From assembly GCA_025558095.1 (NCBI GenBank), contig JAIVFI010000034.1:248001-312000 (forward strand): a stretch of DNA of 64,000 nt, in the 5' to 3' direction. Below are positions 31,933 through 42,536 of this stretch, in pieces. The stretch is from Hyaloraphidium curvatum SAG 235-1. Lineage: Eukaryota > Fungi > Monoblepharomycota. Numbering within the stretch: position 1 is the first letter of the stretch; every line of letters starts with the position of its first letter. A program made the position numbers and the translations under genes. The notes under the pieces are model-generated. The model was given only the letters and a program-made list of their open reading frames with translations, did no database searches and was not told the DNA's origin.

Positions 31933-33313
31933 ATGGCTGCGGCCGTTGCCCCGAGCTTCACGCCGCCGGCGACTTGGTCCCCGGAACAAACAGCCTTCGT
32001 CGGGGGCTTCAAAGGTGCCCTCGTAGAGCCGCCAACGGACCTTGTCATCTTCCGGTGGGGCGCACCTCCTTTCAATTGCCCTGCACACCCTGACGGCCGG
32101 TTCTGCCAGCGCGGCGATGGCTGCCGCCCCTGCACCGCCTCTGCCCGACGGAGTTTCGCTGCGGGAGGTCACCATCCCCCGCGTTCCCGTCCCCGGCCTG
32201 GAGGATGACGCCTCGGGATCGTTTCGTGCCGAATGGCACGAACCTGCCGCGCCGACGTCGGACCACGTCCTGCTTTATGCTCACGGAGGGGCGTACGTGA
32301 TCATGTCGCCTGCCTCCCACCGCGGAATCACGGGAGGCATCGCCGCGAACGGCGTGCGCGTGCTCTCCATCGATTGTGGGTGCCCGCTCGTCCGGATTCC
32401 GACATCGAAAACGCCGCTCACGCATTTCCCGCAGATCGCATGGGTCCCGAGGACCCCTTCCCTGCGGCGGTCGTGGATATGGTCAGCGCTTTCAAATACC
32501 TGATCGCCCAGGGCACCCCCGCTGCAAAGATCTGCTTCGCCGGGGACTCGGCCGGCGGCGGCCTCACCCTCGCGGCGGCAATGTACCTGCGAGACCACCC
32601 GGAGGTCGCGCCGATGCCGGGGCGGATCGCGCCCATCTCGCCGTGGATCGACCTGACGGGATCGTCGCCGACCATGTGGGTGCGCGCTGCCTTGCTACCC
32701 GGGTCATGGTCCTGATCGGGTTTCGTACGATCCAGCTGGCTGGGCGACGAGTTTGATTGCTGCATCCTGCGCAAGGGCGTCGAAGGCCTCGGCGCGATGG
32801 TCTCCGCGTACGCGGGCAAGGGCGGCGACTCCGTCAAGGTGGATCCATTTCCGAACCCCCCAAACACGCACCGCTGACCAGCAGCTGCTCCAGAAAACCC
32901 CGTACTTCTCCCCCCTCTTCGACGCCTCGACCAAGCCCCTTCCGCCGACCCTCGTCTCGCTCGCCACCGTCGACAGGCTGTACGGCGAGGACCTCGCCTT
33001 CTACGCCTCGCGCCCGGAGCCCGTGCGCGTCGACATTTACGAGGACCAGATCCACGTGTTCCAGCTCCTGCCGATGCTGCCGCAGTCGCTGGCGTGCTTC
33101 AAGCGGATAGCCGAGTTTGTCAAGGGCGGCGGCGACGGGTCGGGGCACACGTGGATCGCGTACGACGGGTCGGCCAAGCCGATCTCGGACGGGGCGGCCA
33201 AGATGAAGGCGGACCTGGGCAAGCTGCTCGAGCGCGCCGAGAAGGTGGACGGGTATTCGGCTGCGGTCAAGGCCAACGTCGCGCCGTACCTCAAGGCCGC
33301 CGGCAAGGCGTGA
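31933..33313 (+). CDS. Hormone-sensitive-lipase-family alpha/beta hydrolase (esterase)
   Basis: LYAHGGAY, D|YRMGPE.PFPA, GDSAGG, ISPWIDL, QIHVFQ; 4 introns. Confidence 0.9.
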
Positions 33314-33522
33314 ACCGACAAACGACAGCCAATTCGAACTCACTTAGCCAGGTTCTTATCGTTGTTATGCATTTGCCATGTAGTTGCTGGGGTGCGATCG
33401 AGCGAATGAAACAGTGCACGTTCTCTGTCCAGCAGCCGGATTCGGACCGCGAATGCACACCAACTCATCGGAATGCCCGGCAACCCGCCGGGCGCAACGC
33501 TCTACTGCCCACCGCAGCCCAT

Positions 33523-35745
33523 CTACAGCCCGTCGTCCCACACCACCTCCCCTTCGGGCTCGACCTCGAACTCCCCGTCTTCTTCCTTCCCGCACCCCTT
33601 CTCCTCCGCCGCCTTCCTGTGCCTCGCGTAACTCTCTATCCTCACGAACCCCCTCCCGCAGTCCGCGCACACGTACGGCGCGTCCCCCGTGTGCAGCCGC
33701 TGGTGCCGCTTCAGGTCGTGCTTGCGGCAGAAGGCCAGCGGGCACGCGTCGCACTTGAACGGCCGCTCCTGCGCGTGCGACCGCTCGTGCGCCGAGAGGT
33801 TGAACCGCCGCGTGAAGGTCTTGCCGCACTGCGCGCACGACAGGGAGGCGCGCGCCGAGCGGCCGTCGGGCCGGCGCGGGCGGCGCTTCTTCCCCTTCGG
33901 CCTGTCCGAAGACGCCTGCGACGACTCTGTGTCCGGCTCCTCCGACTCGCTCGTCAGCCCCGTCGCGCTCGCCGGCGCCGCGGGCGCGGGCGGGCGCGGC
34001 CGCCGCTCGCGGAAGCTCCGCCCGCCCTCGTTCGGGCCCTGGTCGCCGTCCATCCCCTCGTCCTGCTGCCCGTTTGCAGCCTGCCCCGCGTCTTCCTCGG
34101 CGGGGGGGCGCACGCCGCCCACCCCGCGCGCGAGCAGCGCCTCGATCATGCCGTTGCGGATCGTCTCGTTCATCTCCTCGGCGCTCACCGCGCTGCCCTC
34201 CTCGTACGCCGGCATCCCGCCGAACGCGTACGGGTCCGCCGCACCGTGCGCGTAGGCGTCGCCCGCGGGTTGCGCGGCCGATCGGGCGGCGGCGGCGGCG
34301 AACGAGCCCGACGCCCGCGCCTGGATCGTCGCGTCGCCGTCGAACGCAAACAGCGCCATCATCTCCTCCGCCGCGCGGTCCGAGAGGTCCTCGTCCAGCC
34401 CCGAGGAGGGCAGCGAGGGCGCGGCGGGGGGGATGTCGGAGCGCGCGCGGACGACGGCGTCGCGCGGCGAGGGCTGCCCCTGCGAGGCGAGGTTGCCGGA
34501 CCAGGAGCGGAAGGCCGGGCGGGACTGCGTGGAGGCAGCGTGGGCCGAGTGGGCCGAGGCGGCCGAGGGTGGGCGGTTAGAGATGGCGGCGGGCGAGACG
34601 ACGGCGGGCGAGGAAGACGCAGAAGAGGAGGAGGTGATTGCCGGGGACCAGAAATAGTCCTGCGCGGCGGCCGATGCGGGCGGGTAGGTTTCCGGCGGTG
34701 CCTGCAGGGATCCGGAGCCGAGGAAGGCGGTGGCGTCGGTTCCAGCGCGGGAAGCCGGCGCCGCGGCGAACAGGGCGCTCACGTCGCGGTCCTTGGTCCC
34801 CCCCTGGGCGTAGAAGCCCGCGCCGCCGATCTGGCCCAGGCGGTGCGCGACGGCGTCGAGCTGCGCGTCCGATTCCGCGTCGGCGTCGAAATCCCACGCG
34901 GCGCTGCCCTGCGTGACGGAGGAGGCGGGCGAGCCGACGCTGCTGGCCGAGTCGACCGAGGCGAGGGAGGCGTAGGAGCCGTGGCGGGGGACGAAGCTGC
35001 GGTAGTTGGGCGCGGAGCCGTAGCCGTCGGGGGTCTGGAGGATGGCGGCCGCGGCGGCGGCCGCTTCGGCTGCGGCCTGCGCGGCGGCGAGGTCCTGCGC
35101 GGCGGCGGCGCTGGCGGCGGCCTGCGCGGCCTCGTAGCCGTACTGCACGGCGCCGGCGGCTGCGGCCTCGCGCTGCAGCGCGTGCTCGAGGTTCGCGTAG
35201 GCGAATGCCGAGGCGTCCGGCACGAAGCCCGGCGGCAGGCCGTGCAGCTGCATGCCGCCGACGGGCACTGCGTGGCGCGGCGCCATGCCAGCCATGCTGC
35301 CCATTGTCCCGACGGCGCCCAGCGCGCCGCCCATCATCTGCGAGTTCTGCAGCGCCGACGACGGCACGCTGACGAGCACGTAGTCCACGCCGGGCTGCTG
35401 CGGCGGCAGCGCGAGGCCGTAGTTGGCCATGTGCGGCGCCATGTGCGGGTGGCCCATCTGCTGCGCGTGGCCGAGCGGCAGGAAGCCGCCCTGCATGCCC
35501 TGGATGCCCTGCATGCCCATGGCGGGCCCCACGGGCATGGCGGGGCCCACGGGCATGGCGGGCCCCGCGGGCATGCCGTAGTGCCAGCCGTCCGCGGCGA
35601 TGTAGCCCAGCGAGGCGGGGCGGTGTGCGTCCGCGGGCTTGGGGGCGGGCGGTGCGGGCGCGGGCGGGGCGGCGGCCAGCCCCATCCCCACCGACGCCGA
35701 GTGCGCGCGGCGGGGAGCGGCGTACGGCGGCTGCGCAAAGGGCAT
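33523..35745 (-). CDS. C2H2 zinc-finger transcription factor (3 fingers) with a low-complexity N-terminal region
   Basis: CAQC..FTRRFNLSAHERSH, ERPFKCDAC..HQRLHTGDAPYVCADC; start is ATG 35745 or 35799. Confidence 0.85.
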   Translation of the reverse strand: MPFAQPPYAAPRRAHSASVGMGLAAAPPAPAPPAPKPADAHRPASLGYIAADGWHYGMPAGPAMPVGPAMPVGPAMGMQGIQGMQGGFLPLGHAQQMGHPHMAPHMANYGLALPPQQPGVDYVLVSVPSSALQNSQMMGGALGAVGTMGSMAGMAPRHAVPVGGMQLHGLPPGFVPDASAFAYANLEHALQREAAAAGAVQYGYEAAQAAASAAAAQDLAAAQAAAEAAAAAAAILQTPDGYGSAPNYRSFVPRHGSYASLASVDSASSVGSPASSVTQGSAAWDFDADAESDAQLDAVAHRLGQIGGAGFYAQGGTKDRDVSALFAAAPASRAGTDATAFLGSGSLQAPPETYPPASAAAQDYFWSPAITSSSSASSSPAVVSPAAISNRPPSAASAHSAHAASTQSRPAFRSWSGNLASQGQPSPRDAVVRARSDIPPAAPSLPSSGLDEDLSDRAAEEMMALFAFDGDATIQARASGSFAAAAARSAAQPAGDAYAHGAADPYAFGGMPAYEEGSAVSAEEMNETIRNGMIEALLARGVGGVRPPAEEDAGQAANGQQDEGMDGDQGPNEGGRSFRERRPRPPAPAAPASATGLTSESEEPDTESSQASSDRPKGKKRRPRRPDGRSARASLSCAQCGKTFTRRFNLSAHERSHAQERPFKCDACPLAFCRKHDLKRHQRLHTGDAPYVCADCGRGFVRIESYARHRKAAEEKGCGKEEDGEFEVEPEGEVVWDDGL

Positions 35746-35886
35746 GATGCGGCGGAGCGGGTCGCTGCGGGGGCATCCGTCAGCGGGGCGGGCGAGCATC
35801 ACACGGCGACACCCACCCGGCGGCTGGTGCGGGCGTCGACAGCGCGGGCGCCGGGCCGTCGGCCATCGGCTGCGCGGGCCACGCGG

Positions 35887-35929
35887 GCGGGGGCGCGGCC
35901 TGCGGGGGCGCGGCCTGCGGGGGCGCGGC
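35887..35929. repeat. Short GC-rich tandem repeat, 15-nt unit GCGGGGGCGCGGCCT, about 3 copies, upstream of the C2H2 gene
   Basis: Read directly from the sequence. Confidence 0.6.
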
Positions 35930-36834
35930 GGCGAACGCGCCCGCGCCCGCGCGGCCCGCCGTCCCCGCGCGGTCGGCCATCGGCGGCGCGCTGCTGCGAG
36001 GGCCGCCCGGTCCGCGGCCGCGGCGGAAACCGGGGCCGGTCCGTCGGCCGGGTGGTCGAGCGGGTGTGACGTCGCAAGTCGGCGCTGCGGCAGCTGTCTC
36101 GAAACCCCGCTCGCCCGGCCGGGTCCAAACACCGACGAAACGGGCGCCACGCGGCTCCTCCGCCGCTTCTTCGGAGCCAGATACGCTCCCGCGTTGCCCC
36201 CGGCGCCCTCCGGCCCCCCCGATCGCCCCCGATCGCAGGGGGGTGACTCGGCCGTGCGCAACCGGTCCAGGCCCCAGGCGGCACCGCACACCCGTTGGCG
36301 TCCGTTGATGACCCGCTTCCGACGGTGACCCCGCCCGTGACGCGCTGGCGATCGCGGATGCGGGACTGGTGGATGGATCGGGGGCCGAGGCTGGACGCGG
36401 GACACCCGGTTTCGGAGGGGGACGGGTGGTTTGCGCCGTGCCAGGGGATCGAATTGTTGCGCCGTCCCCTCCGATCCCGCTCCACAGCCCGGCCCCTGCC
36501 TCGTTCGCCCTCCTCGGGCTCGCGGCGTTTCGGTCCCGGCGTGCCGGCTCCGGATCCGTCGCCCATCCGGGCGTTTCGCGTCTCCGCTGCCGCCTAATCC
36601 CGCCACCCGCGATAAGCGACCCGATCCCGTGCGGCCCATCCGCGGCCGCTCCGTCTGATCCATCCACACTCAAGCAATGTCCGCCCGCAGTGCTCTGTAC
36701 CCGCTGGTTCCCGTGCGGCCGCGGGTGCGAGCAATCCTAGTCAAAAATCCGGGGCAGCCCGGCACCCGGCACCGCCTCAACCGACGCGGCAAACAACAGA
36801 TCTTCCTCGACCTTCCCGCAATGCCGGCCTAGCA

Positions 36835-38532
36835 ATGCGCCGACGGACGCGGCACCGCCTCCTTCTCCCCGCGCTCCTCGCGGCGGCGTGCCTTTGGGTG
36901 CCGCATGCGGGCGCGGCGGTCGCCGGCGACGCCGACGCGGCGGGCTACTACGGCGAGGCCCCGCAGGCCGCCCCGCGGTCGACAAAGATCCTCGCGGCGC
37001 TCCCGTTCGCGCGCTCGTTCGCCGCGCTGACGCCGCTGCCGGGCGGCGCGCTGCTGCTGTCGGGCGGCCAGCGCACGCGCGGCAACGCGTCGGACGCCGA
37101 CGCGGAGGACAGCCCCGCCTCGCTGTCCGCCGAAAACGCCCCCTTCTGGATCGTGCGCGCAAAGGGCGGCGGCCCGCCCGCGCTGCCCGAGCCGTTCCAC
37201 TTCGAGGTCGAGGAGCGCCCCGTCGGCGGGCTGCCGGCCTCGGTCAGGGACGTGCTGTGGTCGCACGCCGCGCTGGCCGACCCCGACGGCTCCCGCGTGT
37301 GGATCGTGCACGCCTCGGGCGTCGGGGAGATCGGCACCTCGTCCTGGGAATGGAAGGACGCCGCGGGCCCGCCCCCGCGCCCGGGGAACAAGGGCCCGCC
37401 GCCGCGGACCTTCTACTTCGGCGCGGCATGGGGCACCGGCTCCACCGCCAGATGGATCTTTGTCGCGGGCGGCAACGTGCACTCGCGCGGGCAGTGGTCG
37501 CAGCGCCGGCTCTTTGCCGGGTTCGACACGTCGGCGCGGGAATGGCACGACCTCTCCCTCTCCCCCGCGGCGCTCCCCGGCGGCCCCGCCGCCTACTCCT
37601 CCCCCCCCAGCGCGCCGTACGAGCGCTGCGCGATGGTCCGCCTGGGAACGCACCTCGCCCTGTACTCGGTCTCGGAGCTGTGGACGTTCGACCTCGCCGA
37701 CCCCGGGGCGGGCTGGCTGAACGCCACCTCCCTCGTCCCGCGGGACCCCGCCTCTCCCGTCCCCGTGGACCGCAAGTCCAACCTCCCGCGCGAACCCACC
37801 CCCTTTTCCCGCCCCAGACTGTTCCCCGCCTTCCACGCCGTCTCCCCCGCCTCGGCCCTCCTCCTGGGCGGCCTCTCCCCCTCGGGCGCATCCATCACCC
37901 CGGACCTGTGGCACCTCTCCGCCCGCGGCCCGCCGGAAGCGGGCGGGTGGTCGTGGAGGCTGCTGCTGCACAACGCGCACCACCCCGCGGACGACCACAA
38001 CCCGCTGCGGCGGTGGGCCCCCTCGCTGGCCACGGACGCTTCCCGCGCGCGGGTGGCCGTGTGGGGCGGCGTGGCGGGCACCGGCCTGGGCACGGGCAGG
38101 GTGGGCGGCGGCGACGGCGATGCCGGGTGGAGGGAGCTCGACGTGTCGGGCGGGGACCCCGGGGCGTGGGACTGGGCGCGGCGCCCCCTGCTCGCGGAAG
38201 AGGGCGGCGACGACGAGGTGCCTCCCCGTGCGATGGCGGGCGGCGGGAGGGCCTACGTCCTCCTGCTCCCCGCCGCCGCGCTCGCGCTGTGCGCGCCGTT
38301 GGTGCTCCGCGCGGTGCGGGGGCGCAGCGCGCGGATGGACAGGCTGCACAGGGTGCCCTCGCGGGCGTCGAGGATCGTGCCGCAGAAGATCAGCTTCGTC
38401 GGAGGGGGGGAGGCCGAGGCGGCGATGCTGGGGAGCCCGGGGAGGAGGCACGGCCCGTCGGGAGGGGTGGGCGGGGGGTTGATGGGGATGGGGCTGCTGC
38501 CCATGCTGGGGGGGAAGAGCATGACGGATTGA
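36835..38532 (+). CDS. Secreted/type I membrane protein with Kelch-like beta-propeller repeats
   Basis: Signal peptide; GG-doublet repeats (LLLSGG, IFVAGG, LLLGG, VAVWGG) followed by aromatic/W positions; C-terminal TM YVLLLPAAALALCAPLVL; intronless. Confidence 0.6.
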   Translation: MRRRTRHRLLLPALLAAACLWVPHAGAAVAGDADAAGYYGEAPQAAPRSTKILAALPFARSFAALTPLPGGALLLSGGQRTRGNASDADAEDSPASLSAENAPFWIVRAKGGGPPALPEPFHFEVEERPVGGLPASVRDVLWSHAALADPDGSRVWIVHASGVGEIGTSSWEWKDAAGPPPRPGNKGPPPRTFYFGAAWGTGSTARWIFVAGGNVHSRGQWSQRRLFAGFDTSAREWHDLSLSPAALPGGPAAYSSPPSAPYERCAMVRLGTHLALYSVSELWTFDLADPGAGWLNATSLVPRDPASPVPVDRKSNLPREPTPFSRPRLFPAFHAVSPASALLLGGLSPSGASITPDLWHLSARGPPEAGGWSWRLLLHNAHHPADDHNPLRRWAPSLATDASRARVAVWGGVAGTGLGTGRVGGGDGDAGWRELDVSGGDPGAWDWARRPLLAEEGGDDEVPPRAMAGGGRAYVLLLPAAALALCAPLVLRAVRGRSARMDRLHRVPSRASRIVPQKISFVGGGEAEAAMLGSPGRRHGPSGGVGGGLMGMGLLPMLGGKSMTD

Positions 38533-38675
38533 GGCGCATGGTGGTTTTGACTGACTGTACTGCGAGCGAGGGAAGTGGTAGATCTTGGCCAGAACGGGCC
38601 GCGGGCCGCGCGGGCGATGAGTGGACGCCTCGGCGACAACCAACGCGTCTAGCTCCCATCAGCCCTCGATCCACG

Positions 38676-40246
38676 ATGGCCGCTTCGCAACCCCCCTCCA
38701 TCGGCGCCGGCGGCATCCACGACTACGGCGGGCAGGACTTTTCCGCCCTCCCGCGCCCCGACATGGCCGGGCACGACCTAGCTCCATGGGAGAAGCAGGT
38801 CGACGCGCTCGTCGCGTGCCTCCGCGCAAAGAACCTCCTCACCGTGGACATGCTGCGCCGTGGGATCGAGGGCCACGAGGGGGAGATGTACAGGAGCTGG
38901 CCCTACGTGCGTTTCGCAAGTGCTGGACGGGGGAGATGCTGACGCTTTCCCGCTTCCCAACAGTACGGGCTGTGGGCCAGCAGCATCGCCAAGATCCTCC
39001 TCGAGCGCGGCGCCCTCTCGCAGCGCGACCTGGACGCGCAGCTCGGCCCCGCCGACTCGACCGAGCGGATCCTCTACTCCCCCGGGGAAACCGTCCGCGT
39101 CAAGCCCGAAGGCACCCGCAGTCGCTGGAGGAAGCCGCACCTCCGCGTGCCCGGATACATCTACGGTGCCTGCGGCGTGGTGGAGCGCGTGTGCGGGGTG
39201 TTCAAGGACCCCGAGCGGCTGGCGTTCGATGCCGGGGCGGAGGAGGTGCAGCCGCTGTACAGGGTGCGGTTCGCGCTCGGGGAGCTGTGGCCCGAGTACA
39301 AAAAGGGGAGCAAGGATACCGTCGACGTGGAGATTTACCAGAGCTGGCTCGAGAAGCCCGGGGAAGGGGAGGCGGAGGCCAGCACGCGGGCGGGGCACGA
39401 GGTTTCGCACGATCATGGGGCCCACGACCATGGAGGACACTCTCACGACCACGGAGGACACGGCCACGATCACGGGGCGCACGATCATGGCGGACACTCG
39501 CACGACGGCGACGAGGAAGGCGTCATAGACCACGGGGACCACCAGCACCTCCCCCGCGTGCAGATCGAGCGCGTGGCAGTGGAGCGCGAGGGCGAGCCGT
39601 CGGTCCCGCAGCGGTTCGCCGAGGCGCTGATCGCGGCGTGCCTCGAAACGGGGGTGGTGGACAGGGAAGCGCTCAGGACGGCGGTCGAGCGCGTGGACAT
39701 GGCGGGGGCAAAGGGCGAGGGCGGGCGGATCGTGGCCAAGGCATGGACGGACCCCGAGTTCAAGGCCAGGCTCATCAAGGACGCGTCGTCGGCCGTCGCG
39801 GAGCTGGGCCTCTCGGCGAGCAACACCACGGCGCCGACGGTGCTGACGGCCGTGGAAGACACCGACTCGGTCAAGAACGTGATCGTGTGCACCCTTTGCT
39901 CCTGCTACCCGAGGTCGATCCTGGGTATACCGCCGGACTGGTACAAGTCGCGGTCGTACCGGACCCGCGTGGTGCGGGACCCGCGCGGCACGCTGGCCGA
40001 TTGGTTCGGCATGGAGTTCAGTGGCGACGTGGAGATCCGAGTGCACGACAGCACGGCAGACCTGCGCTGTGGGTCCCTTTTTCTCTGCGTTTTCGAGTGT
40101 TTTTGCTCATGCAGCTGTCGTTTGCAGACATCGTCATCCCCAAGCGCCCCGAAGGCACCGAGGGCTGGACCGAGGAGCAGCTCGCGGCGATCGTGACGAG
40201 GGATGCCATGGTCGGGTGCGCACCCGTCAAGGTGCCCGCAAAGTGA
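38676..40246 (+). CDS. Nitrile hydratase, cobalt-type, fused beta-alpha polypeptide with a His-rich linker (484 aa, 3 exons)
   Basis: Exons 38676-38906, 38964-40068, 40128-40246; beta part GIHDYGG, WEKQVDAL, LRRGIE, YYGLW, HLRVPGYIYG, LYRVRF, VEIYQSWLE; alpha part VAKAWTDPEFKARL, VCTLCSCYP, PDWYKSRSYR, VHDSTADLRY, VTRDAMVG. Confidence 0.96.
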
Positions 40247-40306
40247 TGTCGGGGCGCGAATCATTGTAATTCGAAGAGTGAGGAACAGGGTGCGGTGCAC
40301 GAAACA

Positions 40307-41338
40307 CTAAGCTGCCTTCTTCGCGACAAAGATCAGACCGATCCCCTCGAACTGCCCCGCCGCGATCGCCTTCTTCTCCTGCTCAATGACTACCTTGCCT
40401 ACGGCCGTAGCGACGTTCTCAGCCATCCGCATCGTCGCCATCAGGTACATGCCCGGAAGGCCAGAAACAACCTCCAGGTTGGCCTTGCCAAAGACCGCCT
40501 CGAGGCCGGATATCATGACATCGGAAGTCGGCAGCGGCGGGTCGTGCGTGATCACACGCTTCCATCTGTCCAGCGGCGCCATGTTGGGCGTCCCTTCGCG
40601 CGGCAGGCCGTCGTCACGCACGCCGACGTGCGACTTGGTACCGTGTACGTAGCTGAGGTTGGCCGGCGTCGCGTCGGGCACGTCGTGGTCAGTCTCGAGC
40701 TCGTGTGATCCGCGCTCGGAATGCCCGTGGCCGCCGTGGGAATGCGTGTGCGCTCCTCCGCCGTGACTGTGCCCTCCAGCGCCTCCGTGGGCGTGTGAAT
40801 GTCCAGCTTCCGCTCTTGGGCCGTGGCTATGGCCGTGCGCTCCTTCCTTCCGCGCCGATTCCGGCAGGGCGGCGCGCAGCATGTCCACGCGGTCAAACAG
40901 GAACGTGGCTGCCGCCTCGGTCGGGCCTTCGCGGGCAAACTCATCCGCGAGAAAGATGCCCGACGGGGCGAGGAGCGCGTGGACGTGCCTGATCCCGTCC
41001 TCGAGCGGGAACACGTGGTGCAGGCTCCGCATCATGATGACGACGTCGAAGGTGCCCAGTCCCTCCGTGACCGACAGCAGGTCGGCCTCCCGGAACTCGA
41101 GGTTCGCCGGCAACGATCCCGCCTTGGCCTTTTCGATGGCCCCGGGGAACGGATCGACGGCCAGGTATGTAAACGACGCGTTCGGGTCCTTCCGTGCCAT
41201 TTCGGCGCAGACCGCCTTTGCGAAGCGGCCCTCTCCGCAGCCGACTTCGAGGACGCTCGCCTTGCCCGACGTGCAGGCGGCCGCGATGACCGCAAGCGCA
41301 CGCGGCAGGAGGGTCTGTACCGATGGAGGGTATTCCAT
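40307..41338 (-). CDS. Class I SAM-dependent methyltransferase with an internal His/Gly-rich insert (343 aa), intronless
   Basis: VLEVGCGEG (motif I), LAVDP, EADLL, FDVVIMMRSLHH, LAPSGIFLADEF; 15-His insert at about 40685-40840. Confidence 0.88.
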   Translation of the reverse strand: MEYPPSVQTLLPRALAVIAAACTSGKASVLEVGCGEGRFAKAVCAEMARKDPNASFTYLAVDPFPGAIEKAKAGSLPANLEFREADLLSVTEGLGTFDVVIMMRSLHHVFPLEDGIRHVHALLAPSGIFLADEFAREGPTEAAATFLFDRVDMLRAALPESARKEGAHGHSHGPRAEAGHSHAHGGAGGHSHGGGAHTHSHGGHGHSERGSHELETDHDVPDATPANLSYVHGTKSHVGVRDDGLPREGTPNMAPLDRWKRVITHDPPLPTSDVMISGLEAVFGKANLEVVSGLPGMYLMATMRMAENVATAVGKVVIEQEKKAIAAGQFEGIGLIFVAKKAA

Positions 41339-41598
41339 CGCGCCGAATCGCAGTGAAGAATAGGACAGAACTGGGCAAATGAGGGTGGGGCAACGTGGCG
41401 TGTCCGGCGTGGTGATCGGCGGCGCGGGCCGGGTGGCGAGGAACCCTCCTCCACGACACGGCTCAGGCGTAATCTCGAGGGAAAGGAACGGCATAGATTG
41501 CTCTTTATGCCCCGGTCACGGACCCGGAGGCCAAATTGCCGCGGCCGATGAGCCGTCGGCGCTGACGGGAGGAATCTCTGACATTCGGTCCCCGAAAC

Positions 41599-42346
41599 AT
41601 GGCCCGGCGCGTCGTCGTGCGCTTCGCCGGCGAGCCGGACCTTTTTGCTTCTGATACCCTCACCATCCGGGAGATAAAGGACCTCATCCGGGCGCAGAGG
41701 CCGGCGCTGCGGGATAAACACCTGAGAATCATTCACAGCGGCCGCGTGCTTGAGGACTCGAGCCTTGTTCCCGCACCGGAGCCTCCGCCCGAGGGACAGG
41801 AGGAAAACGTGACGAGATTGGACGGGAACGGGGCCTCGAGTAGTCAGGCCTCGGCGAGCCTGGCCCACCGGACGACCTACCTCCACTGTGCAGTCTCGGA
41901 CTTTGCTTCCGAGGTGAGTAAAAGGATGTTACGAGAATGGTGCCGCCCTCAACCTTGCCGCACTTTAGGGCCCGTCACGTCCGACTTTGCGGCCCCAGCT
42001 TGGGTTGGAGCGTCTCCTGGGCGTTGGCTTCAGTGCCGAGGAGGTTGCCAGCATCCGCGCCCAGTTCCACGCCCTCCGCGGCACCGATGCGGATGACGAG
42101 GAAAGCGCACGGCGTTTGGAGGAGAACTTTCTGGACTCGGCGACGCAAAACTCGGCGGTTGCCGACAACCCTTTCTTTGGCAACTCACCGGGGGACCTCT
42201 TGCTGGGCCTGGTGCTCGGTTTCTTCCTCGGCATTCTGTCGCTCCTCCTGGTGCGCGAGCCGATCTTCAACCGTCGCGTGCAGTTTGGCATCGTGGTCGG
42301 GCTCCTCTTCAATGTCAGTTTCGGCATTGCGAGGCTCCTCAAGTAG
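41599..42346 (+). CDS. DSC3: DSC E3 ubiquitin ligase complex subunit 3 (UBL domain plus TM C-terminus)
   Basis: LRIIHSGRVL, YLHCAVSD, GLERLLGVGFSAEEVASIRAQFH, LLLGLVLGFFLG; one intron with donor at 41914. Confidence 0.85.
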
Positions 42347-42536
42347 CTTAATCGCGGCCGGATTCGAGATGTACCCTTGCGATACCCATTGTCTGTGTCT
42401 TCGCGGTGCGCATTACAGCTAAATGAAGGTGATCGTGCTTCTCGAGTGATGGTTTCGGGTGCGGGCCGGCTCCACGCGGGCCGAAGTCGCCGATCAAACT
42501 CCCCCCCGGTTCGGCTCAATTCCCCAGAAGCGAACG

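Noticed and set aside
33094-36069. 991-aa + strand ORF and many other long overlapping ORFs (for example 24468-26312, 36888-38942, 875-2257)
   Set aside because: Shadow frames of real genes in very GC-rich DNA; Arg/Gly/Ala/Pro-rich with no motifs
35800-36669. About 300-aa N-terminal extension of the C2H2 ORF
   Set aside because: Starts at a non-ATG codon and has shadow-like composition; more likely promoter or 5'UTR
36835-36860. Identical MRRRTR starts of the Kelch-like protein and PPN1
   Set aside because: Short basic n-regions of signal peptides in GC-rich codon space; the similarity does not extend
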